From: Eledone cirrhosa
Taxonomy: Eukaryota
NCBI GenBank assembly: GCA_964016885.1
Contig: OZ024743.1
Location: forward strand, 47,492,001 to 47,556,000
Direction: 5' to 3'
DNA: 64,000 nucleotides
Shown here: positions 26,501 to 40,107 of the stretch, piece by piece
How the letters are laid out: each line of letters starts with the position of its first letter
How positions within the stretch are numbered: the stretch's first letter is position 1
The notes under the pieces: model-generated
Told to the model about the DNA's origin: nothing
What the model saw: only the letters and a program-made list of their open reading frames with translations
The model's database searches: none
Position numbers and translations under genes: made by a program

Positions 26501-29011
26501 CCACCGACAAGACACTACACGGCAATGTAACCTACCGACAAGACACTACATAGCAATGTGACCCACCGACTAGACACTAAATAGCAATGTGACCCACCAA
26601 CAAGACACTACACAGCAATGTAACCTACCGACAAGACACTACACAGCAATGTGACCCACCGACTAGACACTACATAGCTATGTGACCCACCGACAAGACA
26701 CTACATAGCAATGTGACCCACCGACGAGACACTACATATCAATGTGACCCACCGACGAGACACTACATACCAATGTGACCCACCGACGAGACACTACATA
26801 GCAATGTGACCCACCGACGAGAGACTACATAGCTATGTGACCCACCGACGAGATACTACACAGCAATGTGACCCACCGACAAGACATTACACAGCAATGT
26901 GACCCACCGACGAGACACAATATAGCTATGTGACCCACCGACGAGACACTAAATAGCAATGTGACCCACCGACAAGACACTACATAGCAATGTGACCCAC
27001 CGACAAGACACTACATAGCAATGTGACCCACCGACAAGGCACTACATAGCAATGTGACACACCGACGAGACACTACATAGCAATGTGACCCACCGACGAG
27101 ACACTATATAGCAATGTGACCCACCGACGAGACACTACACAGCAATGTGACCCACCGACAAGACACTACATAGCAATGTGACCCACCGACAAGACACTAC
27201 ATAGCAATGTGACCCACCGACGAGACACTACATAGCAATGTGACCCACCGACGAGACACTACACAGCAATGTGACCCACCGACGAGTCACTACACAGCAA
27301 TGTGACCCACCGACGAGACACTACATAGCTATGTGACCCACCGACGAGAGACTACATAGCAATGTGACACACCGACTAGACACTACAGAGCAATGTGACC
27401 CACCGACGAGACACTACATAGCAATGTGACCCACCGACGAGACACTACACAGCAATGTGACCCACCGACGAGACACTACATAGCAATGTGACCCACCAAC
27501 GAGACACTACATAGCAATGTGACCCACCGACTAGAGACTACACAGCAATGTGACCCACCGACGAGACACTACATAGCAATGTGACCCACCGACTAGACAC
27601 TACACAGCAATGTGACCCACCGACGAGAGACTACACAGCAATGTGACCCACTGACGAGACACTACATAGCAATGTGACCTACCAACGAGACACTACACAG
27701 CAATGTGACCCACCGACGAGACACACACAGCAATGTGACCCAATGACGAGACACTACATAGCAATGTAACCTACCGACGAGACACTAAATAGCAATGTGA
27801 CCCACCGACAAGACACTACACGGCAATGTAACCTACCGACAAGACACTACATAGCAATGTGACCCACCGACTAGACACTAAATAGCAATGTGACCCACCG
27901 ACAAGACACTACACAGCAATGTAACCTACCGACAAGACACTACATAGCAATGTGACCCACCGACGAGAGACTACATAGCTATGTGACCCACCGTCGAGAT
28001 ACTACACAGCAATGTGACCCACCGACAAGACATTACACAGCAATGTGACCCACCGACTAGACACTACATAGCTATGTGACCCACCGACAAGACACTACAT
28101 AGCAATGTGACCCACCGACGAGACACTACATATCAATGTGACCCACCGACGAGACACTACATACCAATGTGACCCACCGACGAGAGACTACATAGCTATG
28201 TGACCCACCGACGAGATACTACACAGCAATGTGACCCACCGACAAGACATTACACAGCAATGTGACCCACCGACGAGACACAATATAGCTATGTGACCCA
28301 CCGACGAGACACTAAATAGCAATGTGACCCACCGACAAGACACTACATAGCAATATGACCCACCGACAAGACACTACATAGCAATGTGACCCACCGACAA
28401 GGCACTACATAGCAATGTGACACACCGACGAGACACTACATAGCAATGTGACCCACCGACGAGACACTATATAGCAATGTGACCCACCGACGAGACACTA
28501 CACAGCAATGTGACCCACCGACGAGACACTACATAGCAATGTGACCCACCGACGAGACACTACATAGCAATGTGACCCACTGACGAGACACTATATAGCA
28601 ATGTGACCCACCGACATGACACTACACAGCAATGTGACCCACCGACGAGACACAATATAGCAATGTGACCCACCGACGAGACACTAAATAGCAATGTGAC
28701 CCACCGACAAACACTACATAGCAATGTGACCCACCGACAAGACACTACACAGCAATGTGACCCACCAACGAGACACTACATAGCTATGTGACCCACCGAC
28801 AAGACACTACATAGCAATGTGACCCACCGACAAGGCACTACATAGCAATGTGACACACCGACGAGACACTACATAGCAATGTGACCCACCAACGAGACAC
28901 TACATAGCAATGTGACACACCGACGAGACACTACATAGCAATGTGACCCACCGACGAGACACTATATAGCAATGTGACCCACCGACGAGACACTATATAG
29001 CGATGTGACCC
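23558..29011. repeat. 31-bp tandem satellite, ~176 units, with higher-order structure
   Basis: Unit gacactacatagcaatgtgacccaccgacga; variant patterns recur at 899-, 1302- and 1301-bp spacings. Confidence 0.97.
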
Positions 29012-29284
29012 GCACACGCCAAACGGCTGCTGATCGCGGGAATAGTTAATTGTTAACTAATAATTCCCAGTTGTTCTGCAAATACATGTACCATTGTAAC
29101 CGCATTGAAACGGGCGTAGAAAGAAAGGGATACATTTAAGTTCGTAACCGTGATTTTATCTCATATTCTATACACACACACAGACAGACACACACACACA
29201 TATACACACATACACACACATATATACATATATATATATATAGAATAAGGAAAAGCGAAGTAGTTTCAGATGTTCAAGTCCTAC

Positions 29285-29478
29285 AATAATAATTGTTTCT
29301 ACTTTAGGCACAAGGCCAGCAATTACCCAGTACATTACTGGTACTTTATTTTATCGACCCCGTAAGGATGAAAGGCAAAGTTAACCTCGACGGGATTTGA
29401 ACTCAGACCGTAAAGGGACGTAACTATGCTGGAAAGCATGGCATCCGACTCTCTACCGATACTGCCAATCCACCGCCC
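29285..29478 (-). mobile_element. Meta-like SINE, full length, with ~19-bp TSD
   Basis: Flanked by caagtcctacaataataat (29275) and caagtcctttaataataat (29486). Confidence 0.88.
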
Positions 29479-29504
29479 TTTAATCCAAGTCCTTTAATAA
29501 TAAT

Positions 29505-29578
29505 GCTGTGATATATATTTCAATGACGACACTGGCCACAGTGTTCTGTGTGCGAGTGTCGTGACATCATCAGACAGC
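29505..29578 (-). ncRNA. Type I hammerhead ribozyme motif
   Basis: Inverted copy of 30495-30568 with one substitution in the inner stem II. Confidence 0.62.
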
Positions 29579-30494
29579 TTGTTACATAATAAGGTTATGT
29601 TTCCGAGGCAATCCAAATTGAATCGACGGACAGATGGACAATCATATGGATCATTTTGCATATATGTACTCTGTGTTTTTGCATTTATTCACTATTGGTT
29701 CTGTTCTTTTCTTTTGTGTACTTTATGTCTGTTTTTCTTTGGTTTTGTACCATGTGATGGAAATTATTACTGTGTACCAGATTGACTAATGCCTTGAATA
29801 CTGTAGCTTGCCCTCCGTTCTAATGTACGGCACTGTCGTTCAATGTGTGGATAGAGTAACTGTGACACTAGAACCCCTCTCAGAACTTCTTACTTAAACA
29901 TCTCTCTCCATATTATTTACTCACTTCAATCTATATTTTTTTACTCACCTCAATCCGAATTCTCACTTGAAAGATTTTTTAATGTTTTAATTTCTAATTG
30001 TTAATTTTTTAATTGTTTAATTTATAATTTCTGATATTTGATTTAGGAGTTTAATTTTTATTTCCAACTCTCACTCTTAACTTCCAATGTAAAACCATGA
30101 TACCTAGAATTAAGTTTATTTTCCTTTATGAGTTGATGGTCAGTCGTACTGTCAACGCTTCGTGAGAGGTAGTATTATGACCTGTAAAAACTAACACTCT
30201 CCCATCCCCTCTGGCTTTCGGCTGACTGCCACAGTCGGGATGGGTAGCAGTAAACTATGGTACAGGCATAGGTGGGCCATTGTTTGGCTGAGAGGGTGAA
30301 CTGACTAAGCGAATTTCGTTGAAATCTGCGGTAGCTAATGGTCAACTTCCTTCGGACATGCGCCTGCGCAGACCGGTGGGGGTGAATTGGTACTCACAGG
30401 GGAGCGGAGGAAAAACCCAAAAGCACGCACTTCATCCGTTCCCATGTCAATTCAATTTGGATTGCCTCGGAAACATAACCTTATTATGTAACAA

Positions 30495-30568
30495 GCTGTC
30501 TGATGATGTCACGACACTCGCACACAGAACAGTGTGGCCAGTGTCGTCATTGAAATATATATCACAGC
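30495..30568 (+). ncRNA. Type I hammerhead ribozyme motif with long stem II
   Basis: Stem I GCUGU/ACAGC; CUGAUGA at 30500-30506; stem II ACGACACU/AGUGUCGU plus CACAC/GUGUG; GAAA at 30552-30555; palindromic stem III; AUC cleavage triplet. Confidence 0.68.
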
Positions 30569-30729
30569 ATTGCACTGGGTAATTGCTGGCCTTGTGCCTA
30601 ACGTAGAAACAATTATTATTAAAGGACTTGAACATCTGAAACTACTTCGCTTTTCCTTATTCGATATTTACTCCGTCACTCCTATGTGGAAAAAGTACGT
30701 TGAGTGCTTGAATTGCATCAATGTTTACC

Positions 30730-30787
<58 letters not shown>

Positions 30788-30845
30788 CTATATTCGTGAT
30801 GCTTATTCACCTCTATTATGAACCAACCTGTATTAGGGCTACTGT

Positions 30846-30881
<36 letters not shown>

Positions 30882-31119
30882 ACACACACACACACACACA
30901 TACACACACATACACACAAACACACACAAACACACACACATACACGCATACACACACATACACATACACACACACACATACACACACACATACACATACA
31001 CACAAAGAAAGGGAGAGGGGGAAATTAAAAAAAAGATAATGTGGGGTCGAGAGAACCAATATGGCGATGCACTATTCCCTGTTGTAGCAACCCATGAGTT
31101 TGTTGTATTATATTTTTCA

Positions 31120-31303
31120 GGATTGGCAGTATCAGTAGAGGGTCGGACGCCATGCTTTGACGCATAGAGTTACGGCCCTTGCCATTCTGTGTTCAAATCC
31201 CGCCGAGGTTAACTTTGCCTTTCATCCTTATGGGGTTGATAAAATAAAGTACCAGTAATACACTGGTTAATTGCTGACCTTGTGCCAAAAGTAGAAACAA
31301 TTA
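31120..31303 (+). mobile_element. Meta-like SINE
   Basis: tggcagtatcagtag A box, gttcaaatccc B box, core and tail. Confidence 0.85.
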
Positions 31304-31398
31304 TATTTTTCACGTTCACCCCAAATCAATCTTAGGGACCCCAACAAAAGGTCATCAGCGCAGTCCTTCCTACATTAAACCATACAATACATATATAC

Positions 31399-31432
<34 letters not shown>

Positions 31433-32236
31433 ACATACACACATCCATCCATCCATACTTACATACACACATACGTACGTACATACATACATACATACAT
31501 ACATACATACATACATACATACATACGTATATATGTACGTACATACATACATGCAAGCATACATACATAGAGAGGGAAATGTATATGTTTATGTGTGTGT
31601 GTGTGTCTGTATGTGTGTCTGTGTAAGTGTGTGTGTCTGTCTGTCTGTCTGTGTGTGTCTGTGTGTGTGTATGTGTGTCTGTGTGTGTGTGTGGGTGTAT
31701 GTGTGTGTCTGTGTCAGTGTGCGTGTGTGTGTGTGTGCGCGCGCCCGCGTGTGTGTGTGTGTGTGCGTGTGTGTGTTCTTTAAGCATAAGCGTCTCTTCT
31801 TTGACTGGTAATTCCTTGTTTTGCCCTATCACCGTATACATTTCAGCCCTTGGTACTGTATCTTCTGATAGGTTAAAGAACCAGACAGATAGTGTCTATA
31901 AACATACTCCAATTGCCCCCTCATATCGCTTACCTCCTCTTTTCCTTCTCCGATAGTTGGACAGTCTCGTTTCACGATTTCATTACAATTAACATTTGAC
32001 ATATTACAGTGAAAGGTGAAAGGCTACATTGTTGTCAGCTAGCGTGTTCTCATATCGAGCTGCAATTATTTTCGTGGGGATTTTTAAGCAGCCACCGGAC
32101 CCCGGACAGTATATCAAGCGAAAGTTCTCCATAGTTCTCCATAGTTTCTCACTCTGCCGTTAAATATCTATTATATTGCCTCAAGCATTAGCGTCGTGAA
32201 TGCGAATACTTCACATACATACATACATACATACAT

Positions 32237-32339
32237 GATGGCTGCCCCCTCGTTATTGAGTATGGCCATTGCACGAGGAGAAAGAAAAAAAGAAAAGAAT
32301 AATAAATAAATAAAAAGAAAATAAAAATAAAAAAAAAAG

Positions 32340-32411
<72 letters not shown>

Positions 32412-35400
32412 TCACACACACATATACACACACACATACATTAACAACAATAACAACAACAATAATAACAACAACAATAATAATAACGACAACAACAATA
32501 ATAATATACATATACATACATACATACATACATACATACATACATACATACATACATACACACACACGCACGCACCTAAGCATATCTACACACACACACA
32601 CACACACACGATAGCAACTAACAGCGCTGCGATCGAATGTGGCTTTTTAGCCCAGCCAATGATCTAAAATGTCTTGCACAGAGTCGGCAACCAAAACATT
32701 CACTGGGAATAGTCGGCTGTGGTTGGAGTTCGTGTATTTTTGCATGTCGCTTGAGCCCTCCTGCTGATTTACATTCTCTACCACATGTTTGGCAAGCATG
32801 ATGAGTAGCATCTCCAACAGCAGCCTGGTAGTCAACCACTGGTCTTACTTTATGACTGCGAAGATGACTTTCGAGTCCAGCTTTGCTTAGGCAGAGTCTC
32901 GCACATACGCTGCATGTCAGCACCATAGGAGGACCCTCGCCGTCTGGAAGTGCAACAGCAATGCCCTTCCTCACATCCCGCTTTACTTTCTCGTATGCGA
33001 TTCGAGATGCCTCAAAGGCAACTTTTCCCTCATATACAGTCTTTCTCCATTTATTACGATCAGCAGCAATATTCTGCCATGTATCAACAGAGATGTTAGC
33101 GTCTTTCGGAGAGGCTTTCAAGGAATCCTTATACCTCTTTTTTGGTTTATGTGGCGGTCGTTTTCCTTTAACCAACTCTCCATAAAAGAGTTGTTTTGGT
33201 ATTCTAGAATCCTTCATCCTGGCAAGGTGACCACTCCAACGGAGTCGTTGCTTAAGCACAAGAGCTTCTATACTGTCACACATAGAGCTTTCCAAAATCT
33301 CGACATCACTGATGTGGTCCCTCCAGTGAACGCCATGGATCCGTCTGAGACACATCTGATGGAAACGCTCCACTTGCTTAAGGTGGTGTCGATATGTAAC
33401 CCAGGTCTCGCAGGCATAAAGAAGACAATAGAGCACACATGCCCTGTACACCTTTACCTTTGTCCTCCTGCGTATGTCTCGCCGACCCCAGAGTCGCCTT
33501 TCTAGCTTTCCGAAAGCATCACTTGCTTTCCTAATCCTAAGTGAGATTTCACTGTCAAGGTTGCTGTATCGATTGACAGTGCTTCCCAGGTAGACAAACT
33601 GATCAACCATTCCAAGTCGTTTGCCATACACATAGATGGTTGGTTCAGTGTACTGCTTACCAGGGGCAGGTTGGTACATGACGACGGTTTTCTTGAGACT
33701 GACAGTCAGACCTAGGGCAGTGCAAGCGTCAGAAAATGCATTCAAAATGTGCTGCATATCACTCTCTGTGTGCGCTACAAGATCGCAATCATCTGCATAC
33801 AAGAGGTCTCTTATGATTGATGTAAACACTTTTGTCTTCGCAGCAAAGCGCCTGATGTTAAATATGCTGCCTGAGGTTCGATATCGGATGTAAACACCAT
33901 GCTCGCAATTCCTGAATGCAATACAGAAAACCATTGCAAAGTATATGGCAAACAGGGTCGGTGCTGGAATATCCCCCTATTTCACTCCATTTTTTACTGA
34001 GATAGGCTCCGACATGTTACCCCGACATTAACCCGAGCCTTCATGTCGTCATGGAAAGACCTAACTAAAGCAAGGAACTTATCAGGGCAACCAAGTTTCT
34101 GGAGAACCTTCCATAATGCATCTCTGTTAACAGTATCGAAAGCTTTTGTCAGATCGACAAAAACCTGATACAGATCCAAGCCTTGTTCCATGCACCTCTC
34201 CTGGAGCTGTCTAGCTGAGAAGATCATATCAGTAGTGCCGCGTCCAGCACGAAACCCAGATTGACTTTCAGGAAGAACACAATCTGCAATGTGTGTCAGC
34301 AGACGGTCCAGAAGCACCCTACATAAAACTTTCCCTACGACAGAAAGCAATGATATACCTCTGTAGTTCCCACAATCGTTCCTGTTACCCTTTCCCTTGT
34401 ACAAAACCACCATTACTGCATCTCTCCAGTCCTCAGGTACGGATTCATTAGCCCATATCCTGCCAAACAAAGAGTGAAGATGTTGCAGGAGTCTCTCACC
34501 ACCATATTGTAGGAGCTCAGCATGTATGCCATCCATACCTGGAGATCTTCCACTGTTCAGCTTCGAAATAGCCACTGCAACCTCCACAAGCGTCGGAGGT
34601 TCTGCGAGAGCTACTTTCACAGGACTTTCTGGAATGAGATTGAGGAAATCTTCACTGACGACAGACGGCTGATTCAAAAGATCATCAAAGTGCTCTCGCC
34701 ACCTTCGTAGAATTCCTTGTGAGTCACGAAGAAGTTCTTTGCCATCCTTGCTGCGAAGCGGTGTCACCAGAGAAGAAGACGGTCCATAAACCTCACGCAA
34801 GAGACTGTACAACAGCTTTGTGTTATTGGAATCAGACGCAGTTTGTATCTCACCAGCCTTCTCACTCCACCACTGATCCTTCATCTGAGAAAGACTCCGC
34901 CTAACACGTGAATTTACATCCTTGAGTTCCTCATGCAACGTATTCCTCTCCTGTGGTTTTGCCGTCAAGTAGCGTGACAGAGCACGCCTCTTATCAGCCA
35001 ACAAGTCTTCTATATGTACATCATTCTCATTAAACCAGTCCTGATGTTTCCTCTGCGCCAATTCCAGAACACGCCAGCCTACATCATAAACCGACTTTTT
35101 AAGGGTCGGCCAATCCTCACCAAGATCTGCAGCCTGCATCTCTTCTTCCAATGTCCTCTTCACATTTTTATCCTTAAGACGAGCAGCATTCAATCTTTTG
35201 GGCAGGGTAACACCAGGAGCCCGGATTTTACGTTTAGTGATTAGTTTCACTTTTGCGCGTACCAGGCGGTGGTCCGTCCAGCACTCAGCTCCACGAAGAA
35301 CACGAACACACTGCACATCCTGTCTGTCACGCATCCTGACTAGGACGTAGTCCAAAAGATGCCATTCCTTAGATGCAGGATGCATCCATGTGGTCTTGAA

Positions 35401-36202
35401 TTTGTTCTTTTATTGGAACATGGTGTTGGTAACACACAGATCCAGCTCCTCACACATCTGCAGCAGGAGCATACCATTGCTGTTACACTTTCCCACCCCA
35501 TACCTTCCGATTACATTCCATGTGTTAAAATCCCTACCCACTCTAGCATTAAAGTCACCAAGCACGATGACTTTGTCTGCCTGAGGGATATTTCTTAAAA
35601 CACCTTTCAAGGCATGGTAAAAGGACACCTTTTCCTCATCGACAGAACTCATAGTTGGAGCATACACAGTCACCAGGGTAGCATATCTTCCCTTGTCCAG
35701 CGGAACTCTCATGGACATAAGACGCTCACTAATCCCTACTGGGAATTCTTCTAATTTGTTCACAAGTACAGTCTTAACAGCAAATCCTACCCCAGCCTCT
35801 CTTCTGGTTCCTTCATCTCTTCCTTTCCAGAAGAATGTATATTCTCCACAAAATTCCGTAAGATGACCATCTCCAGCTAACCTCGTCTCAGATAAAGCCA
35901 CGATGTCAAGATCGTAACGTCGAAGCTCCTTTGCAACAAGAGCGGTCCTTCGTTCAGGACGCTCCAAGGAATCCCTGTCAAGCAGCGTCCGTACGTTCCA
36001 GCAGCCAAAATTAAATGCCTTGTTTGGCTCTATTACAATGGCACGATGATGAGCGGGCCCAGGCTGTGATAACCTGGGGCCCCTGCCCTTATTGCCAATG
36101 ATCTTTTTTGTTCCAGAACCTAAATGGCCAATTATCTCTTTTATATTGTTCTGGAACATCATTGAATTTGAAAAAAAAAAAAGAAAAAAAAAAGTAATAA
36201 TA

Positions 36203-36233
<31 letters not shown>

Positions 36234-36490
36234 TAGTACACTATTAATAATTATTAATGCACTCGTGCAATGCCTGTGCGTGACGAATATTTTTAAAGTG
36301 AGGAAAGACTGTGCACTCAGCCAATCCCACTCTCTGAGCGACAGTAGCTATAACCCGAAAAGAAGAAAAGATCAACATCATCGGTAACTACTGAGCCGCA
36401 GGTTTTATGTCGGAGTTAACCCAGTTTCCTGAGATGCCTTCTCCTAGAAGAATGCCCTGACAAGGGCTAGGGGTTCTTCACTCCCAGTGG
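32237..36490 (-). mobile_element. RTE-clade LINE, near full length
   Basis: Single APE-RT ORF; 3' terminus at 32237-32275 with (ATGT)n tail; 5'UTR-like segment at 36270-36490 is homologous to the non-autonomous copies. Confidence 0.9.
32618..36162 (-). pseudogene. RTE ORF: APE endonuclease, RT and three C2H2-like zinc fingers; two nonsense codons and one frameshift
   Basis: WNVRTL, LSETR, YAPT, GDFNA, TDHRL, NYRGISLLS, ESQSGFR, FVDLTKAFD, YADD, YLGS; lesions at ~35410, ~34020 and ~33977. Confidence 0.93.
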
Positions 36491-36665
36491 TTTAACTGCG
36501 CGATCGGGCATCCAGCCCGATTATTTCTATGTCCCCGCGCAAAAAAAAAAAAAAAAAAAAAACATACATACATACATACATACATACATACATACATACA
36601 TACATACACACACACATACATACATACATACATACATACATACATACATACATACATACATACAT

Positions 36666-37273
36666 GGTGGCTGCCAACTCGTTTTCGAGTACGGCCACTA
36701 CTTTATATCCATGTAGGAGAACCCCTACCGATGCGCTGAACGAGTGTGACTTTTTAGTCCAGCCAGCGACTTGAAAACTCTGGTACAAACACTACACTTG
36801 TGACAATTATTGACACATACTGCTGGGCCCATGGTACCATGTGACGACAAGTGCAGAGAGACCTCCAGATATAAAGCAATGCCTGTGCCGTGAAGCTTTT
36901 ATAGTGAGCAAAGGCACTGCACAAAGCCAGTCCCACTCTCTTAACCAAGATGATATTTACCAAAAAGAAGAACAAGTCAACATCATTGGATACCATCAGG
37001 GTTGCAGGTGTTATATCAGAGTTTTCCTTCTCCTAGAATTCTGCCTTGACAAAGGCTAAGGGGTCATCTCTCCCGGTGATTTTGGATGGCCATTGCCTCT
37101 TAAGAGCTCCTTTGCCCTTTGAAAGGTTTTGTTTTTAGTCCTGCAGGATGTCCAAAGTCACCCTCCTCACCAAGAAACCTTGGTGGGGTTGCCAGTTTAG
37201 TCGCCAACGACCCGACCATGAGACAGGTTGTACTGGGATACATGTTACTAGTAGCACCAACTGGTGACCTGAC
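36666..37273 (-). mobile_element. Bipartite non-autonomous RTE-derived element, full length (608 bp)
   Basis: RTE-type 5'UTR fused to a terminal zinc-finger and 3'UTR segment; (ATAC)n on both sides. Confidence 0.85.
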
Positions 37274-37654
37274 ATATACATACATACATACATACATACA
37301 TACATACATACATACATACATACATACATACATACACATACATACATACATACACACACATACATACATACACATACATACATACATACATACATACATA
37401 CATACATACATACATACATACATACATACATACATACATACATACATACATACACTGGGAGACTATCTATTAAATTTAAGATGAATACTATCTCCAACAG
37501 TAATGCCACAACTACAGTCATGTTGAATAACTAGTTATTCTTCTAACTATATCTTCTGAAGACACCTTTTATTCGAATTCGTAGAGATATCCGACTAAAT
37601 ACATAATTCATTTTACAAGGATTTGCTACAAACAGCATGGCTGAACAACAAATG

Positions 37655-39963
37655 GCCAAAAAACTACTGCATGCCAGAACCTGATGTATAAGATGTATAC
37701 AGCCTGCCTGAACCTATTCCTCCAAGATCACTGTGAAAATAATAACATCATCACAGATGAACAAGCAGCTGGAAAGAAAGGGGTTTGGGAATGTGCTGAA
37801 CAACTCCTAATCAACAAAACTGCGATGTCGGAGATGCGACAACTTAGGAGGAATATGGCTAGTCTGGCTGGACTACGGGAAAGCTTTCGATTCTGTTCTC
37901 CACTCTTGGATGATAGAGTCCCTCCAACTTACTTATCAGAGCCATAGAGAAGCTGTCTTCTTCTTGGGCTACTATCCTAAGGTTAAAGATAGAGAGAGAG
38001 GACTCTATTTTCACTGATAAAATAAAATATCGCAGGGGTATATTTCAGGGAGACAGTCTCTCTGTGATATTATTCATCCTGTCATTAAACCCTTGTCCTT
38101 TCTGCTCAAGAAATGTGAAGGATACTTCATTAGCTCACAGGAGGACAGAAATACGAACCTAACCCATAATTTCTTTGTGGATGATCTGAAACTCTATGCC
38201 AAAACATGGATGAGATGAAGAAAAATCTTGACCTGGTTACAACGTTCTCAAAGGATATAGGAATGGAGTTTGGCCAAGATAAATGCTCATATATGACTGT
38301 AAAGCGGGGGAAAGCAACAACCCAATCTAGCAACATTGTCATCAATGGCCTAACTGTTTCACCGATATCTGATGAGGACTGCTACAGATACCTGGGGATA
38401 GATGAGAGCATATCCTATAATGGTATCTGTAATAAAGAACGCGTAACTATGGAATACTACACCCGATTAAGAAAGATTTGGTCATCGGAACTCTCTGCGC
38501 GAAACAAAACAGTGGCTCACAATGTGTTTGCTATGCCTGTCCTAACACCAACGTTTGGAATACTCAATTGGACGATAGACGAAATCCGAGCTGTTGATGT
38601 TGGAACTCGAAAAATACTAAACAACACCGGAAACTTCCACATCAACAGTGACATAGACCGCCTTTACTTGAAACGTAAGCAGGGAGGCAAAGACCTAACA
38701 TCAGTCCAGACAGCATTTGAATGTCGCATCATATCTCTCCGACAACATCTACGAACCTCGAAGCGTAGGAGCCCGTCTCTCGAGCAAGTCTATCTACATG
38801 AAACAGATAAGATCATGAGAGTTGGGAAGGAACTCCTCGAGAGATATTCCCTGTGTGATAATCAAAAACTCACACCCAGGGAAATCGCTCAGCAGTATCG
38901 CAGTGAATCCATGGATGAAAAACTGCATGCTTATTAGCAAAAAATCATGCATGGATATGTTGCCAGGAAGCTCCAGAGTGAGAGTAATATAGATAAGGAA
39001 AGTAGTTTATCTTGGACCAACAAACGCTATATTGACTCCCACTATGAAGGATACGCTGTTGCAATCCAAGAACAGGAAATTAACACGAAATACCTCATTC
39101 ACAAAAGAGATAGGGATGCAGGCAAAACACCTAGATGTGATAACAATTGCAGACTCTGCAGACTAACATCGAGGATATCACCCATGTCATCAGCAGCTGT
39201 CCAAAGATGTCAACGCGGTACTATCTGCCTATGAAGCATGATGTAGTGGCCAAAACACTGTACAATGCAATCCGTAAAAAAAGATAGCCCCGATAATAAA
39301 CACATTAAAAGCTACAGCAATGTGGAATACATACATGTACATAATATGAAAGAGTACTGGTGGAATGTTCCGGTAAAATCCCCAATAAAATGCAGGCATA
39401 ACAGACCAGATATTATATGGGACAGGGAGAAGAAAGCATACACAGTAGTGGAAATTAGCTGCCCAGCAGATGCCAATATAATATCAAAGATTAGGGGAAA
39501 GGAGAATATTTATGCAGAACTGATGAGAAATCTGCAGATACTCCACCCTGATTACACCTTCAGATTTATGCCTGTGATTATTGGGGCACTGGGGTATGTT
39601 AGTAACTGCCTCAATACAAATCTTGTGAAGCTAGGCAGCAGAAAGAACACAACTAGTTAGGAAACTACAAGTACAATCCATTAATGGAACAGTAAATGTA
39701 TGTAAAACATTCCAGAAATTTTGCATCTAATAACTGCATATACACATGTACAGATACAAAGCATATACACATGCACACATACAACTCAAAACATCCACAT
39801 CCACATCCACACATACAATAACATCCATATCTATACATGCATGCATGCATACATATCTACCTAGTTGATGTTGTATAAATTCCAACGAGAGAGTCTTGAG
39901 TCTATGTTAGAAACCGACTCTCTCTCTCTATTGGCAAACATTTGTGAAATTATAAAACCAGAA
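37655..39963 (+). mobile_element. R4/Dong-like non-LTR retrotransposon (RT, CCHC, RLE), 5'-truncated and frameshifted
   Basis: GIFQGDSLS, FVDDLKLY, DIGMEFGQDKC, YRYLGI, DRLYL.RKQGG, AIQEQEINT, CRLC, HNRPDII and VVEISCP motifs. Confidence 0.88.
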
Positions 39964-40058
39964 CATATACATACACACACATACATATATACATACACAC
40001 CATACATACAAACATACATACATACATACATACATACATACATACATACATACATACA

Positions 40059-40092
<34 letters not shown>

Positions 40093-40107
40093 CACACGAC
40101 TAGTTTC

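Larger units (their letters stand above)
29243..30731. mobile_element. Penelope-like element with inverted terminal segments, each carrying a hammerhead motif
   Basis: Arms 29243-29623 and 30450-30662 are inverted copies; a short unpaired 3' extension runs into (TA)n. Confidence 0.65.

Noticed and set aside
23558-29011. CRISPR array (31-bp repeat length)
   Set aside because: Units are contiguous with no unique spacers, there are no cas genes, and the context is eukaryotic.
36754-36996. Repeated 80-aa ORF MVSNDVDLFF as a gene family
   Set aside because: Lies in a non-autonomous retroelement, out of frame with the zinc-finger remnant, with no recognisable domain.
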